Under the pieces are notes generated by a model. It ran no database searches. It was not told the DNA's origin and was given only the letters and a program-made list of their open reading frames with translations. DNA of 64,000 bases from Lingula anatina (lineage: Eukaryota; Animalia; Brachiopoda): the NCBI GenBank assembly GCA_051362555.1, contig CM120645.1:22878001-22942000 (forward strand). The letters are read 5' to 3'. Of this stretch, positions 27,616 to 42,033 are shown in pieces (within the stretch, counting starts at the first letter, position 1; every line of letters begins with the position of its first letter). The position numbers and the translations under genes were made by a program.

Positions 27616-29610
27616 TCCCACTGCGCATTGAATTGTATAATGTAAAAAGTACTTCAACAATTGTGGTCTGCCATCCAATTCATAAGCCTGTAACCTGTAC
27701 ACTACTAAGTGAAGTCATTACCATCATGAAACACAAGCTGCATCCTAACCTATAACGCCAACAATAAAGATAACACAATGAACCCCCTGAAGCAACATAA
27801 CATCATCATGCTTACAATGCATTTCAGTAAACTCTTCATTTTCCTCTTAAATCTCGTCTTAGCCATTCTGCTAGTCTGTTTATATCCTCCTTTCAATAAA
27901 AAAATCTCCTTTAAGTGTAAAAGTCTAGTCAGACATAGAAATCCTCCTTCCTCAAATCAGTAACCACACGTGCATACCAGTAGAGCAGTGTGTGTACACC
28001 AATATGTATATATGCGTATGACAGAGTGTGCTCTCTCTTCAATGCCTGGGTTTCAACTGAAGACCAGCTGTATTGACACTAGTGTTAAAATCCTCCACTG
28101 CTGCACCACAATAGCCAGAGAGAGTAAACAGCCCGGTGTACTCATGTGTGTAATGTGATGGGGACCCTCACACAACATTGAGGTATTCAGGCCGCTGATG
28201 GGGCCCTCTGAGTGGTTAACACCAGCTTAATGGTTAGCCAATGGGGGTACAGGAAAGGTGAGATTAGAGGCCAGGACCAGGAGGGCTCAGTGGACATCAA
28301 AGAGGACATAGTCAACACTGCTATTACTTAATGTGTGGAAAATCCTTTGGGAAAACAGTAGGCTTAAAAAATTTTATCCTACTGCGCTAAATTTTTCTGG
28401 TATTGTTTGAGTTTATTTTGGAGGTGCTTGGTGAATAGCACAATGCCGGCTGTTTCCTTTTTCAGCCTTTGATGCGTTGTTGAAGTGGAGAGATAATGGG
28501 AAAATTTGAGACTTAACAAGTTTGTGGGGTTGTGGGTTTGCTTTGTTTGAGGATTTAAAGAAAAGACAATATAACGCGAATGTGCTGACTGCATATTTTC
28601 TTTAAAATAATCATTATTGCTATTATTTCTATATTAGCACAGTCGAATACAATGGTTAACAATAGCAACAGATGTACAATTAAATATATTTAAAAGAAAA
28701 AGAAAATATTTTGAAAACAGTATCATATAATATATAATTATGTATAATAAAAAGTTGAATATTTTGTGTTCAAATTTTTCGGGTAATTTACATGTTTAAT
28801 AAAGGGTTACTGTTAATTATAGCAATTAAACAACATATAATAAGTAGTCTTCCCTTGCCTTTCTTTTTCTGGTTTGAACATGGGACTGGATAATGTGAAA
28901 ATTTAAGGGTTAAGACTTGAGAACTATATGGCGTATCTTTATAAACAATAGACAAAAGGTCCAATCTCCCAATTTCTTTCCTTTGATGTCCAAAAAAGCT
29001 AAATGGACAGAAGTGGTGTAAAACCTCTCACTAGCTATGTATAAACTCCCCAACCTCTCACTTCACATACCAAGAGCTGTTAACTCATCCATCACGCACG
29101 GTCCAACAACAACCATCTAAACAGAGACAGCTTTCCTTATCTCTCCAGGAAAACAACTGTCCCCTTATCACCACTGGGCAGTGTCCAGTCCAGCACACAC
29201 ACAAACTGACCATCTCTAGGGTCTTTTCTATCCCATGGACAGTACAAGTTACTGACCAACTGTTTACATTTTATGAAGATTCAGATTCTTTACTGATAAA
29301 CACCTTCACATAAAAGGTACAATGACAGCACAACTAACCATAACATTTCACAAATTAATATGCATCTTGGGCTGTGGTCATACTTAATTTTGAAGGACTG
29401 CATCAGACTTGGATAAAGAGATAACAGCAATCATTGTATTATAATCAAGCTGTTGGTGCAAAGCAAGAATCCATAAATTGCTGTCCATATATTTGTATAA
29501 TTGTAGCATTCAGTGTGCAGCATTCTAAGATCATCATAGTTACATAGTTGCTGTTTGTGTAATATGGATCAGATTGGATTGAATTCAGTCTTGTCTGAAC
29601 AGAGCCTTAA

Positions 29611-29642
<32 letters not shown>

Positions 29643-31896
29643 CATGCATGTATGAGTTTACAATTAATGCCTACATTAAGTGGCCCAGGCCTCAACAGGT
29701 CCCCCAGCTCTCTCAGTTAGCCCATTATGTTCCTGAGCTCTTATCTCTCTACTTTATCAACTTTCTAATAAGAGGAGAGAGGGGGAGAAACATCAAAGAC
29801 ATGACACAATGGCCCTGGTCTGTGCACCCTGCTGTTCCAATAGCAAGGTGTGTCAGCCTCTCTCTACTGTTATCTCCAAGTTCCAATATGCTTCACAGGG
29901 TGGTGAGATATACTACAATGGAGGGAGCTCTTAGATTTCTGTAATTATGAGGAGGCCTGAAAGAAGGGGGTGTGGCTGAGGAAGCGGGAGGGCAGGTGGG
30001 GGTGGGGGCGTTAAAAACAGCTTAATTAATTCAACTGTTAGATTTTTCCTGGTTTTTGTGGCGTCTTCTCTTTAAGTGCAATCTGCAGGCAGTTAACTGT
30101 TACCTGTGAAAACTTCCTGATTAGAATCTCATCACGTTGTTTGCGTTTCCCTAACACACTGCTGCTGATTTTATAACAAGAAAAGATTAACTGTACTTTA
30201 AACTATTACAGCTATTTCTACCCTAGCCTATAAAAAATTCCCTTGTTTTGTCTACTGATACTGAAAATGAACACAGGCATTACACAACATTAGCTGTGTA
30301 ACACCAGAAGCCTGGCTGCTTCCTCCATGTCAAAGATCACACTTTAAATTGGGACATATAAACAGGACCAGCTACTGAATTCTTCACTTTAACAAAACCC
30401 TCCGCCTACACACTAGAGTAAGTAGATCTCCATATCACTGACTTCCCATAATGGCAGAGGCTGCTCTCTTACTGTTTGTATTTCCACTGGAGTGAGCACA
30501 GATGAAATGGTGAGAAACCAATAGCTGCTGATCCATGACTGCTTTATATTTGCATGTGACATATTTTTTATCCTTGTATATTTTTTACTAAATGCAGCAT
30601 GTTACACACATCTTCTATCAATATAGTTACTCTAGTATTATCAAAAACCTAACACAAAGCTTAAGACATTTTGTTACAAATTTTTTTCTTGTTGTGTTCA
30701 ATAACCTTTACTGTAATATTTTTTTTAAAAAAAATCCATACAAGCAAAACCCTTTTGCTTTTTTTTCTAAACTTTTTGTATAAGGGAGAAGAATGTGACA
30801 TTCTGCTGAGAAATACCCAACATAAAAATTTGACTGTTATTATTGAAATCCCTGCACACCTGTCCCTGCTGTAATGTGAGGCAACATATTCAGCTTACCT
30901 AGGTCTTTTTACATCTAAGAGCCTGACCTTACTCTACATAAAGCCACATTTGTTTGAACAAAGATAATAATGCATTCATCCAAACACATTCATTACAGCA
31001 ATAATACAGGTACACAAATAATAACCATAATACATAATTTGGCAACAATTGATACTCCCGACTATGAAGTCAAAAACTTGAGGAGAAACAAACAAATGCA
31101 ACGGATTGTTATGCTGCATAAAGCCAACCCCCTACTTTGCAACACAGAGGCTGCATAGAGAAGTTCCTAATCAATATAAACAATTAAATAATGATGTGCA
31201 ATTTCTAAGAAACAATGAGCTGAGGAAAAAGACTGCAATGAAAAACAGAACCAGAAAAAGACCAAAAAAGAAAGAAGTGTCACCTTTCTGCCCCCGAGAA
31301 TTGCCGGAGAAAGAAATGTCCTCCTATCTCGGGTAGCATCTCGGCTGAGAAACATTCATCTGTTTCACGGCTCTTGGATTTCTTTAGGAAATGAACAGCA
31401 AAATAGGTGTAGGTAAATAAAGCCACCAGCAAGATGAGTAGGCAGCCAGGTGGGGGGGTATTAAATGGTGACAATCAAGGGGAAAATTGAGACCTTAAGG
31501 CAGTGAAAGGAGTCCACCAGCGAGATTTTCTAGTTTATGCCCTCTGGCAATGGTCAAGATACAAAAACAACTTCGTTGGGAGTTTTTGGGTGATTTTTTT
31601 CCTATGACAGATCAAAGGTCGGGTCAAAGGTCGTGATCACAGGTGACTGCACTACCGTGACTGGGTAGATCTGGACAAAGACACCTTCATATTTTTTTTT
31701 TACAATTTCATACCCAAAAAGATTTGGCATAAAAATAGCCAGATTATCATTTTTCATGGAGCTATCCTATCCGCTGGTCTGGCATTTGTGTGAGCATCTT
31801 TATAATCATAATTAATAAAAAAATATTTTATACACATAAAATCCTTATTCCTTTATACTCTTATCATGAGATTTAATCTTATCCTCATGCACTTAC

Positions 31897-31932
31897 CTCT
31901 TTCTTATTGAAACCTCTTTTAATTGCATTCAT
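31897..31932 (-). CDS. Candidate short alternative first coding exon (MNAIKRGFNKKE)
   Basis: ATG AAT GCA ATT AAA AGA GGT TTC AAT AAG AAA GAG|gtaagt: consensus donor in phase 0 with an in-frame stop upstream. Short, so chance occurrence is possible. Confidence 0.4.
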
Positions 31933-32430
31933 AACAATTCCAACAACAATTTCCAGAAAACACAGGATTAGCAGTGCTGAATTATTTCACAATGTTTCCT
32001 TGTTATCAACTCCAGTTGAAAAATCACAAAATTGCGTTCGATTTCCACTTAAATACATATATATCCAAGGTGATGAGCATTTTTTCACTGATGACAACTC
32101 TACTGATGGCAAAACACAAGACACAAACACCTCCTCCAAAAAACGCCCACTTTCTAAGCAGAAATCCAATGCAGAATTCTGTCCATAAATATGAGAATTC
32201 ACATAACGAATGTACTGTATGGATTACAACAGTCTTGTCATCCAGGAATCCACCTCACGAATGCTACAGGGCCAGGTGTCAGGTGGTTTGTCTTCTGTTC
32301 TTACCTCTCCAGCATTGATTTCCTCCCCACCAAGTGGACAGGGATGACATAACAGTGCAAATTATTCATTAATATCAAATATATGCAGTACAGGTTGTTA
32401 TGATCAGAGTGATTGAAGGAGATGGTGAGC

Positions 32431-32566
32431 GTGTGTGTGTGTGTGGGGGGGGGGGGGGGGCATACATGTCTACATGTGCATGTGTAATGTGTTCTAATTT
32501 GTGCATGTATATGGACATGGGCTGCAGCACGAGAGAGAGAGAGAGAGAGAGAAAGAGAAAGAGAGA
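32431..32566. repeat. (GT)n, poly-G and (GA)n simple repeats
   Basis: Directly visible. Confidence 0.85.
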
Positions 32567-35341
32567 TGAAGTGGCTATAGGCCTAACGCTGTGAGGATCA
32601 CTTCAGTTAAACATAATGCACAAAGAAAATTGAACCCAAGTACTTCAACTCCACTTATCAAATAAATGCAAATATTGGGCACGGCATTAAACCTCAAATG
32701 ACATCACTGTGAGTATTTCATCATTAATTGATGCAATAATTGAACTTTTAAGTAGATATCCCTTATAATTATCCACTTATTTGATAGATTTATCAATTGA
32801 AACAAAAATTGCCCCTTGCTAGACAATGTACTCAATCAAATGGCATCATGTGTGAGCTCCTATGTGTGAGAAACCATAAGCTTCTTTTCCCAACATAGCA
32901 AAAAGAATACCTTCACAAGTTCATACATATCAATTTGCATCAAATAAAAGAGTGCTACTGTAGTTCTAGCAAACTGCTGTTGATGTCTCATTTCACTGGT
33001 GAACCCCCATCTATTACAGAATCCCAAGATTGATTGCTGCGCTAAAAACACGACATATCAACATGCAACCTTTCATTCTTCGCCTCTAATGCGACATGAG
33101 AAACTATACAAACTCAATCAAATGTAAGGAGATTGGATGATGAGGTAAAATGTTTTTTAGAAATTAATCTCACATATCATGCCTGTCTGCTTTAAAATCT
33201 TGGAATTGTCACAAAAAATGACTTGATGATGTAATCTCACCAGGTGGTAAGGAAATATAGCAGACAATTACTGGCGATGTGATGATGACACAGGATCAGC
33301 TGTCATAAGTAATCTCCGTGTTTTGAATGGCAACGTGACAAGTACTGATGATAAGAGTATAATGGAGAAGTGTTCATCTGCTTGTTTTTTTTTTTTTTTT
33401 GTTTTTTTTTCAGTATTCATTTATGATTGAGATGGTCCGTGATTAAAAAAAATTCAAAATTATGAAAAAAATATATAATTTTTAAAAAGTTTAAATGGGG
33501 ATGCAGGGAAATGTGTTATAATAAGATGACAATTTTCAAAGAATAACTTATTTCTTTTCCTGCCATGACATGATTTTTACACTAAGTTTGTCATGGCTAC
33601 AAATCCTGAATCTAGGAAAGACATGTTGTTGGCTGTGTTGTCATCAATGGCTAGTTTCACATTTTTGTTGAGGAAAACAGCCCTTTTCACTAGATCCCAC
33701 CTGAAGAGGTTTGTATCTTCTTTTAAAAAATATGGAATCAGTATGCCTCAAATAACCCACAGATCATTCCAGATCTTCTGAAAACAGTTTCATCACCCGC
33801 CCGCCCTCTTCATCCCCTTGAAATTGTGTTATCTGAAATGCACTGAGAAGAGATCTTTAAACAATAGAAGTGATCTCTGAACAATGTACCTCCAGGAGTA
33901 TTGACAGTGGGAGCAGGTGATGTCTTTTCCTGGATTACTGGATCAAAGAGACTTCTCAGGCTACATTCAGGAAGAGAACACACCTGTCTCCTTTTCCTGA
34001 TTCCTGATTACAAAGCTCTGCAATATTTTTACATGATTTGCTTGTATAACAAAAGAAAAACTGGGAAGATTGCTGACGTAGATTAGCACATTCATATCCC
34101 CCCCTCTCTCTCTCTCTCTCTCGCTCTCTCTCTCCATACAGTATCTGCCAATAAACTGTTCACTTAGTTGCCAACTACAGCAGTCCTTTTTATTTGCCAC
34201 ACATAACTCATTTGTTCGCTTGTTTGCTCATTTATTTCTCCATTTGTTTGTTTATTGACTTTCTAATGTGTTTTATTTCCAGTCTACCTTTACTCAATGG
34301 AGGTGGTAAATAACAGATTCCTTGTCACATGTTGCATTCTTAATTTCTATGAATTTTTTATCTGATATTTTGCTTTCTTTTAAATATCATAATAAATGGT
34401 GAAAAAGACCGCAAGCTGTTGCAATAGCCAATGTTTGGATTCCGTCCTGAAGTATGATACATTGGATTATTAATTATTATTACAATGCCTACAGTAATCC
34501 ACAGTATAACATGGCATTTACCTTAGCTTACGGACTGGTGATAATCTCTTAGCTTCAATTAATAGGACAATATTGTCCCTATTTCACTAATGTATTTATA
34601 GGCTATAGAATGCCAAATATTTTAAATTAAAACTGTAATATTTTAAAGTAATTGATCTACATATATATGCAAAATATCATACGCGACTTGTGGGAATGTT
34701 TGACTAAAATTTCTGCAGGTAAATCTTATGTTATATATATTATAAATAAGTTCTCCATTCTCCTTTCGAGATGTCAGAATTCATGAAGACAACTGGCCAA
34801 TGTGAGAAACCATTCCAGATTCAAACAAAGAAACAACTATCAAGCATTCACCCTGCCATCTCCAAATACTGTCCGCTGAATTAAAAGATATCCTATTTCA
34901 CTCCACAAACACCAATGATTAAAACTAATATCTTGAGTCAAACAGAAAAAACAATGCCCAGTGTTCTTTTACACGGACTCTGCTTATTAATTTCCTTTAG
35001 TTTCAAAAATCACTAAAAGACAAAACCAGTTGTGGATCTCGGTGTCACTGGGAGCACAGCGAGTTCACTGAACCCTCACATCCTCTCTTTTCTGGCTGCC
35101 ATCTCATTAATTTCTCTATTAAGAAGGGGAGAACCAGTTTCATTAAAAATTTAACACTTCACTCCACTCATTGCTTTTTCTGTCGTCTGTCAATAATTAA
35201 AACAATTATGCCTTTTTACAGGCTTAATGGCGATGGAAGTGCGTATTGATCTACAATCTTACCAAACAATACCAAGTGATATGAGCAACATGAGGATAAG
35301 GCAGGGAGGAAGAGAGAGAATTCGTATCTTTGTTTTTTATC

Positions 35342-35345
<4 letters not shown>

Positions 35346-35402
<57 letters not shown>

Positions 35403-35409
35403 AGAGAGA
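35346..35409. repeat. (GA)n microsatellite
   Basis: Directly visible. Confidence 0.95.
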
Positions 35410-38400
35410 ATCAAAACAACAGTCTACAAACTGTAACCTGACAACGGTGCTTTTGCCCGTCACTCCGTAACAGTCCAGTAGTCCTTACCAGGACTTCAAA
35501 AAAAATAACAAACACCTTTTCTGGCTAAAAGTCATCTAGATGAAGCAGAAAAACACTTCTACTCCCTTAGAGTAGTAAAACCATTGTGGTGGATGTTGAC
35601 ATAAAACGACACAAGTAAGAGGGAGTCACCTCAGTGTGTTTCACCTGTGAACTCTGTGCAGGCAGAATAGAAAACCCTATTATTAGACTGTAATTCTCCA
35701 AAAAAATGCCAAAAGAGGTGCAGATTAACAGAAAAGATAGCAACCGTTGAAGCGTGTAGCCTAAGCCAGAGAGACACAATAACGCCCGCAGGTCCAGGGC
35801 TCTTCCATTTACGTCACAGGTCCAAAAAGTTGCCAAATTTATCTTAATAACATTAAGTACATGTAGTCATCGAGTGCAATTCAGGGAGAAAAATAGGAAC
35901 TAGGAGGGAAAAGTATGCAGCTGAAAATAAATAAACAAGTTTGAACAGTTATAGTTATTATTCGTGCCCCTAATTCTATCCGAGGACATTACCTCACGTG
36001 GTATGTAGCGTGTTCAACCAGGTTCGCATGGTGCACGTGTTAAAAAATGCGCTCATCTCCCCAATGCGTGATTGAATAACAATGGCTAACCTTTCTAGAG
36101 TGCACGACATCTGGTCCTATCCACAAAATCAACAAAACATTGACATGTTGCCGGGCGAACATGTCAATATATGATCTGATAACCATCACTGATCCACATC
36201 TTGACAGAACATTTTGGTGAGAAAATCAAACATTTCTGCACTCAGGTTAGTAACAAAATCTGAGCAGATAACTATTCACTTTGAAAAAGATTAAGATGTT
36301 GATATAGCTTTTAATTGATATCATTTTCAGTCAAAACAAACCAAAAGGCAAGATGAAGTTGGTAAATGTGTTTTAAGATAAGAATCAGGGTTTTTACTAT
36401 GACAGTTTCTATTTCAGCAAGAAAGTAAACACAGATGTACCAATGTCATCGGATGTCACGGGGCTCCTGACTGTGACAACGTGACATCAGTCCTTTTTTT
36501 GTGCACTACCCAGGGACTTTGCCACCTGACCTGAAGCCCTGAGGCTGCTTTTTCTCCCCGGGGGCGATCTTTTGTCCCGTTAAATACCCAGCAAACACAG
36601 GTGACTCTAAACATTAGCCAATGTTAAAATGCGCTGTTTTCACAGGTGAGTCCCCAGGTAATCAGTGACGAAGGGCAGTGCACGCGACTGTAAAGGAGTG
36701 ACAAGAGTGAACGACCCCGTATCTAACCAAGGAACACGCAAGGTATGCCAAATCAGCTGATCGATACAAAGAGAAGTTTCCGCAAAAATTCCAACATGCC
36801 TTCAAGGTCGGCATTACTGTGGACAGTCAAGTAAATGGCAGTAATGGTGACGCTAAACAATCCCATCCAAACATAATATAAAAGAAAAAAAGAACTATTA
36901 TGTGCGCTTCTTTTTTTGCCTTTTTTAAAAATAGTTTTCAGTTGCACATTTATTGTTGATAAACTTCTAATAGATTAAAATGCTTATCAAAAAAAATTAT
37001 ACCCTTATCCTTATTTTCTTCAAAATATTTTTTATGATCTGATGACTTCCAACTTACTGTGCACACTGCCATCTTTTCCATGAATCTTCTTCGTTCTCTT
37101 AGGTCTTGCCGTGTGTCATACGTGTAATATTCCGTTCACAACTTTTGTATTATTACTATGACCACCATGTGGGTCCGTAGCTTATTACATCAGCAACACT
37201 GTTGAATGTGTTCTCTTCTCCATTTCATTTACACCCAGAAATAACTCCCCATCATACGAACATGATAATTGATTCCACTAACGATGGTGTGATAATATGT
37301 GACTAATTTTAGAACCGACGTCCAAAGTTTTCTGTAAGAAAATTTTCTACTACATTAACCAGAGAACCCCTGTAGGCGACACAATATGGCGAGTGCCATC
37401 AGACGTTTTATGTTCATTCTTTCAGGCAGGACTGATTCAATGGCATTTAATCATTTCAAAAATAATGATACGTTATAGGAGACATCATTACATTAGGGAA
37501 GGTTTTATAGGGAACAGCCTTGGAATTCAATGGCAAGTGCCTAATCTTTTAGCCGTCATCTATTACTAACATACATGGCTAACATAAACAGTTGCTCAAA
37601 TCAAATTTTCCCCTGATTGATTTTCATCCAGCAAGTATCGCACTTTGGAAATCCCTTTATTGAATTGTGCAGCAGAACTAAATAAACCAGTCGTCCTATT
37701 CATCGGCACCATATTGATTCTATTAACAGCCAACTTTCTCGTAAGAGGGCTCAATCGGAACACAATTATCAGAACTTTTTTTCATGGAAAGTCATTTTCC
37801 CTATCTTCTGTCTACTAATCTTGTGCTGAGACTTTTCAATTCTATCCGAGGAGAAAATGGATGACAAAACTTTCATAATAAAAATCAATAAGGCCAGACG
37901 ACTCTTAAAAGAGTTTGTTCTCCTTAGTGGAGACGATGGCGATAAGTTGAAGTGTAACAGCGGCTGAAGACAAAGGGTCCATGATAACTTTATCGCTGTC
38001 CAAATATCCTGAATAGTTGTTAATAAACTTGTGACAAGGCTTCAGAGACCAATAACACTGATTGAAACTGTCTGCAAATGAATTTATTTGCTGGTAAATT
38101 TGGTCTATTTTGTGAGTGAGTTCACCGGGTGGACTATATGCTGTTCTAAAGCAAATATACATATATAGATGATATCACCATGTTGGACTTAAATTTAGCT
38201 GCATAGGTTAAAAAATTGATCCAGGCCTAAGCATATAACATGATTTCTTCCATTTATTAATTAATTTTTTTTTACTTTTGTTTTTTTCCACTTTGAAAAA
38301 TTTGCTTTTGCAGTTTATTTTCTCCCAAAGAACCTAAGTGTCTAATTTAAATGGTATATTATTATTAATTAAAAATAACACCAGTATCAAAAGCAGCGAA

Positions 38401-38669
38401 ATCATTATAATCATTTAATATCCCCTTGTATACTCATTATTAGTGCAACACACAATCAATTTGTTTACAGACATTTGAAACGGTAGACAAGCACACAATT
38501 CGCTGGCAAAGTTCCTATCCAGGAATCGCACAATTAATTACTTACAGAACAGGTTTTTTAATCTTTCCATAAGTATACAAAAATTTTATACTTTATTTCC
38601 ATGCAAACAGACCAGCCAAAGTACACCTGATCAGTAAGCTGATACCAATCCAGTGACAACATCACTCAC

Positions 38670-38759
38670 CTTGAGGCTGTCATAACACCAAAACTCTGGC
38701 GTACGCTGTTGTTCTAAAACATTAAAAGGATCCAGCCACTGGTACATGACTTCCCCCAT
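38670..38759 (-). CDS. Candidate alternative first coding exon of the PDZRN3/4-like gene (MGEVMYQWLDPFNVLEQQRTPEFWCYDSLK)
   Basis: ATG in strong context (ATCATGG), 30 open codons, consensus donor AAG|gtgagt in phase 0 matching the 27378 acceptor. It sits in a CpG-retaining patch (about 38.70-39.01 kb). Prediction only. Confidence 0.65.
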
Positions 38760-41700
38760 GATACATCCGTCATTCCCCGCTTAAACACTTATTGTTTCAC
38801 CGCAGTGTTAATCCACAAACATATGCATGACTAAAACGCTCTCCTCGACAAACCTGGACGAGATTGGACGAATGGTATCTTTGTCACATACTCTGTCGGT
38901 TACTGATCAATAAAGTAGCCTAGCCTTTCAAAGACTCCCCGAGTTGTTTTGTTTTTCCACCAAATAGTGCAAGCAAACAATAGCGTCTATTCAGGTACAG
39001 CTGGCAAGCGAATTAATTGAACATTAATTAACGTTTTTCCTCAGCTGGGCTGAAAAGATAGTTATCGATGCAGCCTGACAAATCTATACCTTATCAAGTT
39101 AGATGCCAATGTTGGGGCATTAGTTATTATTATTATCAACACATTACACCCTTTTTTTTATTCAGAACAGCTACTGCGGCATATTGGGCCACCTAACTAC
39201 TTCCAGTGTTGACACTTTGAATCACGGACCAGTTGTGGTTTCTATTTACAGAATTCTCCAATGTTGACAAACAGAAAGTTTTACTAATCGTGAATTGAAA
39301 TGTAAAAAGCAAAAACCGCTTAGAGCTCTCTTTGTGTGTGTGTTAAGTGGCTATCTCTTACATCTTGCAATCAATACTACAACTGTAGCAGCTGTTAGAG
39401 GAAAAACCTTCATAAGACACGTCTCTCATTATTTCATTTTTGTTGCATTTTAAGGACAAAAAGCCATGGATTTGAATCATTTTTCCGTTTATTCAATCTT
39501 CCCCTTATCTGCCACTAATGGAGTAGAGGAACACAAGTTTCCGATGGAACTAAAAGTGAAACGAACTGGATTGTCTCGGTTACCTTTAAACTCCATTTTA
39601 ACTAAGATTGATTGGTATTGAACACAACAGAAGACCAATACTACACCAGTTACTGAACAAATCCAATCTTCTCATCCATGTTATACTTCAATGGAATATG
39701 TCTAGGATTAGGGAGGAGAATGTCTTCGAGTAATTAGATTTTTTTATTCCGAGGGTCGAGTACTTTCCTACTCAAAACCCTGATTGATGAATCTCAAAAT
39801 AAGAATGGACATGCCTCGTGGCAATTTTTTTCCCAAAACAGTTTTTTACGAATCTGAGCAACTTTAGACCAAATACCACAAGAATATAAACCTCACTGTT
39901 CATGCAAGCATCAATTCATGTAAGAATTGTCCAAAAGTTATGCCGATACCTTGTGTAAAAGCTACTAGTAGGTAACCGTTTAACCCGTCCCTCAGCTGGA
40001 ATTCCAGGCCCGTATTAACACTGCATTAGCCACGGTATGTCAGTAGGAGGTCTAGATACATTGTGATACATTGTTGCAAATTGTATTGTGCCACTGTCAC
40101 TGTTACAGATCGCTGACCAAATGAACTGGTCAATGAACCTGCTGTATTGACCAAATAACACCAATTATGGGCGTGGAATGTTTAAGCAAACAATAATGGC
40201 GTAATCTTTGCGCCTGAGGTGAGGCGTGAAAAGATTAAATGTCAACTATTTGCCAAAACATCAGCCAGCTAAAGAATAATCCCAGGTTGAAAATATTTCA
40301 CACATAGCTCCTGGTTATGATTGGGGGTGACCAGAAAACATGTGAACTACGGAACAATTCACACTGCAGATTGTCTTTTGGTCCTGAATAGGGTTAAAAA
40401 AAACTCACAGGAAACAATAGATACAGCTTTGCAAGAATTAGCTCTACAAAAATACCAGCGTTGGTTGCTTGTCTACATGCTGTGGATCCAGTTATTTATT
40501 GCAATCATCATCTCTTGCACTGTATACAACAAAAAGGTAATTGATTCTGGACCCAAACCAATCTCAAGGTTTGTTTTCGTGATGTGACTACGGCCAATGT
40601 CTCTCTTTTCACTTAGCCCAAGTGCTCTTTTGCAGACACGCGTGAGGCAAACAAAGAAAAAATTCCGAACTAATCAGCCAGTTGTTCCTTATTTACCTCA
40701 ACTGACTAGAAATATTTATCAATATTAGCATGGTGGTCATCCATTGCTGTGTTAAGCCATTGTTAGTGGCTGTTATGGTTGAGTTAATGGGTCATGGACC
40801 GTTCACCTTCTATTGTAATACCTTGCATCGGGCAGAATCATATTTTGGGATGTTTTGCAAGTAAACATCCATCCAGATTTTAATTATTTAATTCATATTT
40901 TTGCATTTAAATGGATTATTCTTGTTTACGTATTTGATACGATGCTACAATAGCACTATATTTGCCATGTGTCAAAGAAATAAGTTTTTCTTTCATACAG
41001 ACAATGCAATTTTTTTATTACATAAATTCAAAAAGAAAAAAAAATCAGAAAACAAAAGTTCGCCTTCACATTTTCCTTTAACATTAAATAAATACACCCC
41101 TATAATTTTTGAGACCAATTCTTCTTTTCCCAAACAACAAAGGGCTTCCTATACTCTTTACTCCTACTTCAAGGGAACAAATACTGCTTTTTTTATTCGA
41201 CTTAAAAAAACACGGAGGGGAAGTAGTAAAATGGAGAAATGGACAGCGTGTCAATACTTCTCCATTAACACTGCACCCGGCTCAGGAAGATCACAACCAC
41301 AAAACACTGGGACCGGTGGCTTAATTAACGGATTTCTGAGTTTTAATTCTTGGACAAACACCTGTGTGCACCTAGCTAGGGTCCACAGTGTGGAGAGAGT
41401 GGAACAATAAGTAGACACTGTCATAGCTTCTGGAGTTTTTCCATTAAAGACCACAAAAATATATACCGACATCTGTTTTGACATCTGTGTTGAATATATT
41501 TAAAGAACTTTTTCTTGGACATGGTCCCTATGCTACATAATTATTCAGGTTATAACTAATTTCTTGGTTCCTATTCATCTCATTCTTTCATTTTTCATTT
41601 ATGCTTTTTTTTTCACCATTCTTCCATCTTATTCAGCTTTCACCTCTGTTCGTTCTCTCTCTCTCTCTGGTGTGTGTATGTGTGTGTGTGTGTCCTCCAA

Positions 41701-42033
41701 ATATTTCCTCCTCTCTCTCCCAGTCACTGGTATTGTCTGAGGAGTCGTGAGGCATATTGCATGTGGCAGACCATCAGTCACAGCCCCAGGCTAAGGTGGA
41801 CACGGATCCTCTTGGCTCCTCTGGTCACCCCAGCCCAGCTCATTAGCAGTAATTATAGAACAATTATCACTGTATTGTGGCCAGTGTCAGGTGTTCTAGA
41901 CACTGGGTGGACAGTTAAGTTTAATGGCTAATTTATGATATTACATGACCTGAGGCCTTTCCAATACATAACTGCCTTTTTTGTCTTACTTCCTCTCATG
42001 TTGTATATATCATATTTGTTTAGATCCTCTTTT

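Noticed and set aside
30104-30190. Donor CAG|gtaaca with an open phase-0 frame
   Set aside because: There is no in-frame ATG and no polypyrimidine acceptor upstream.
32305-32350. Good donor GAG|gtaaga with upstream ATGs
   Set aside because: The ATG frames end in phase 1 or 2, incompatible with the phase-0 acceptor at 27378.
40901-41410. 169-aa plus-strand ORF
   Set aside because: It has a non-ATG start and AT-driven F/K/N-rich composition with no recognisable domain.
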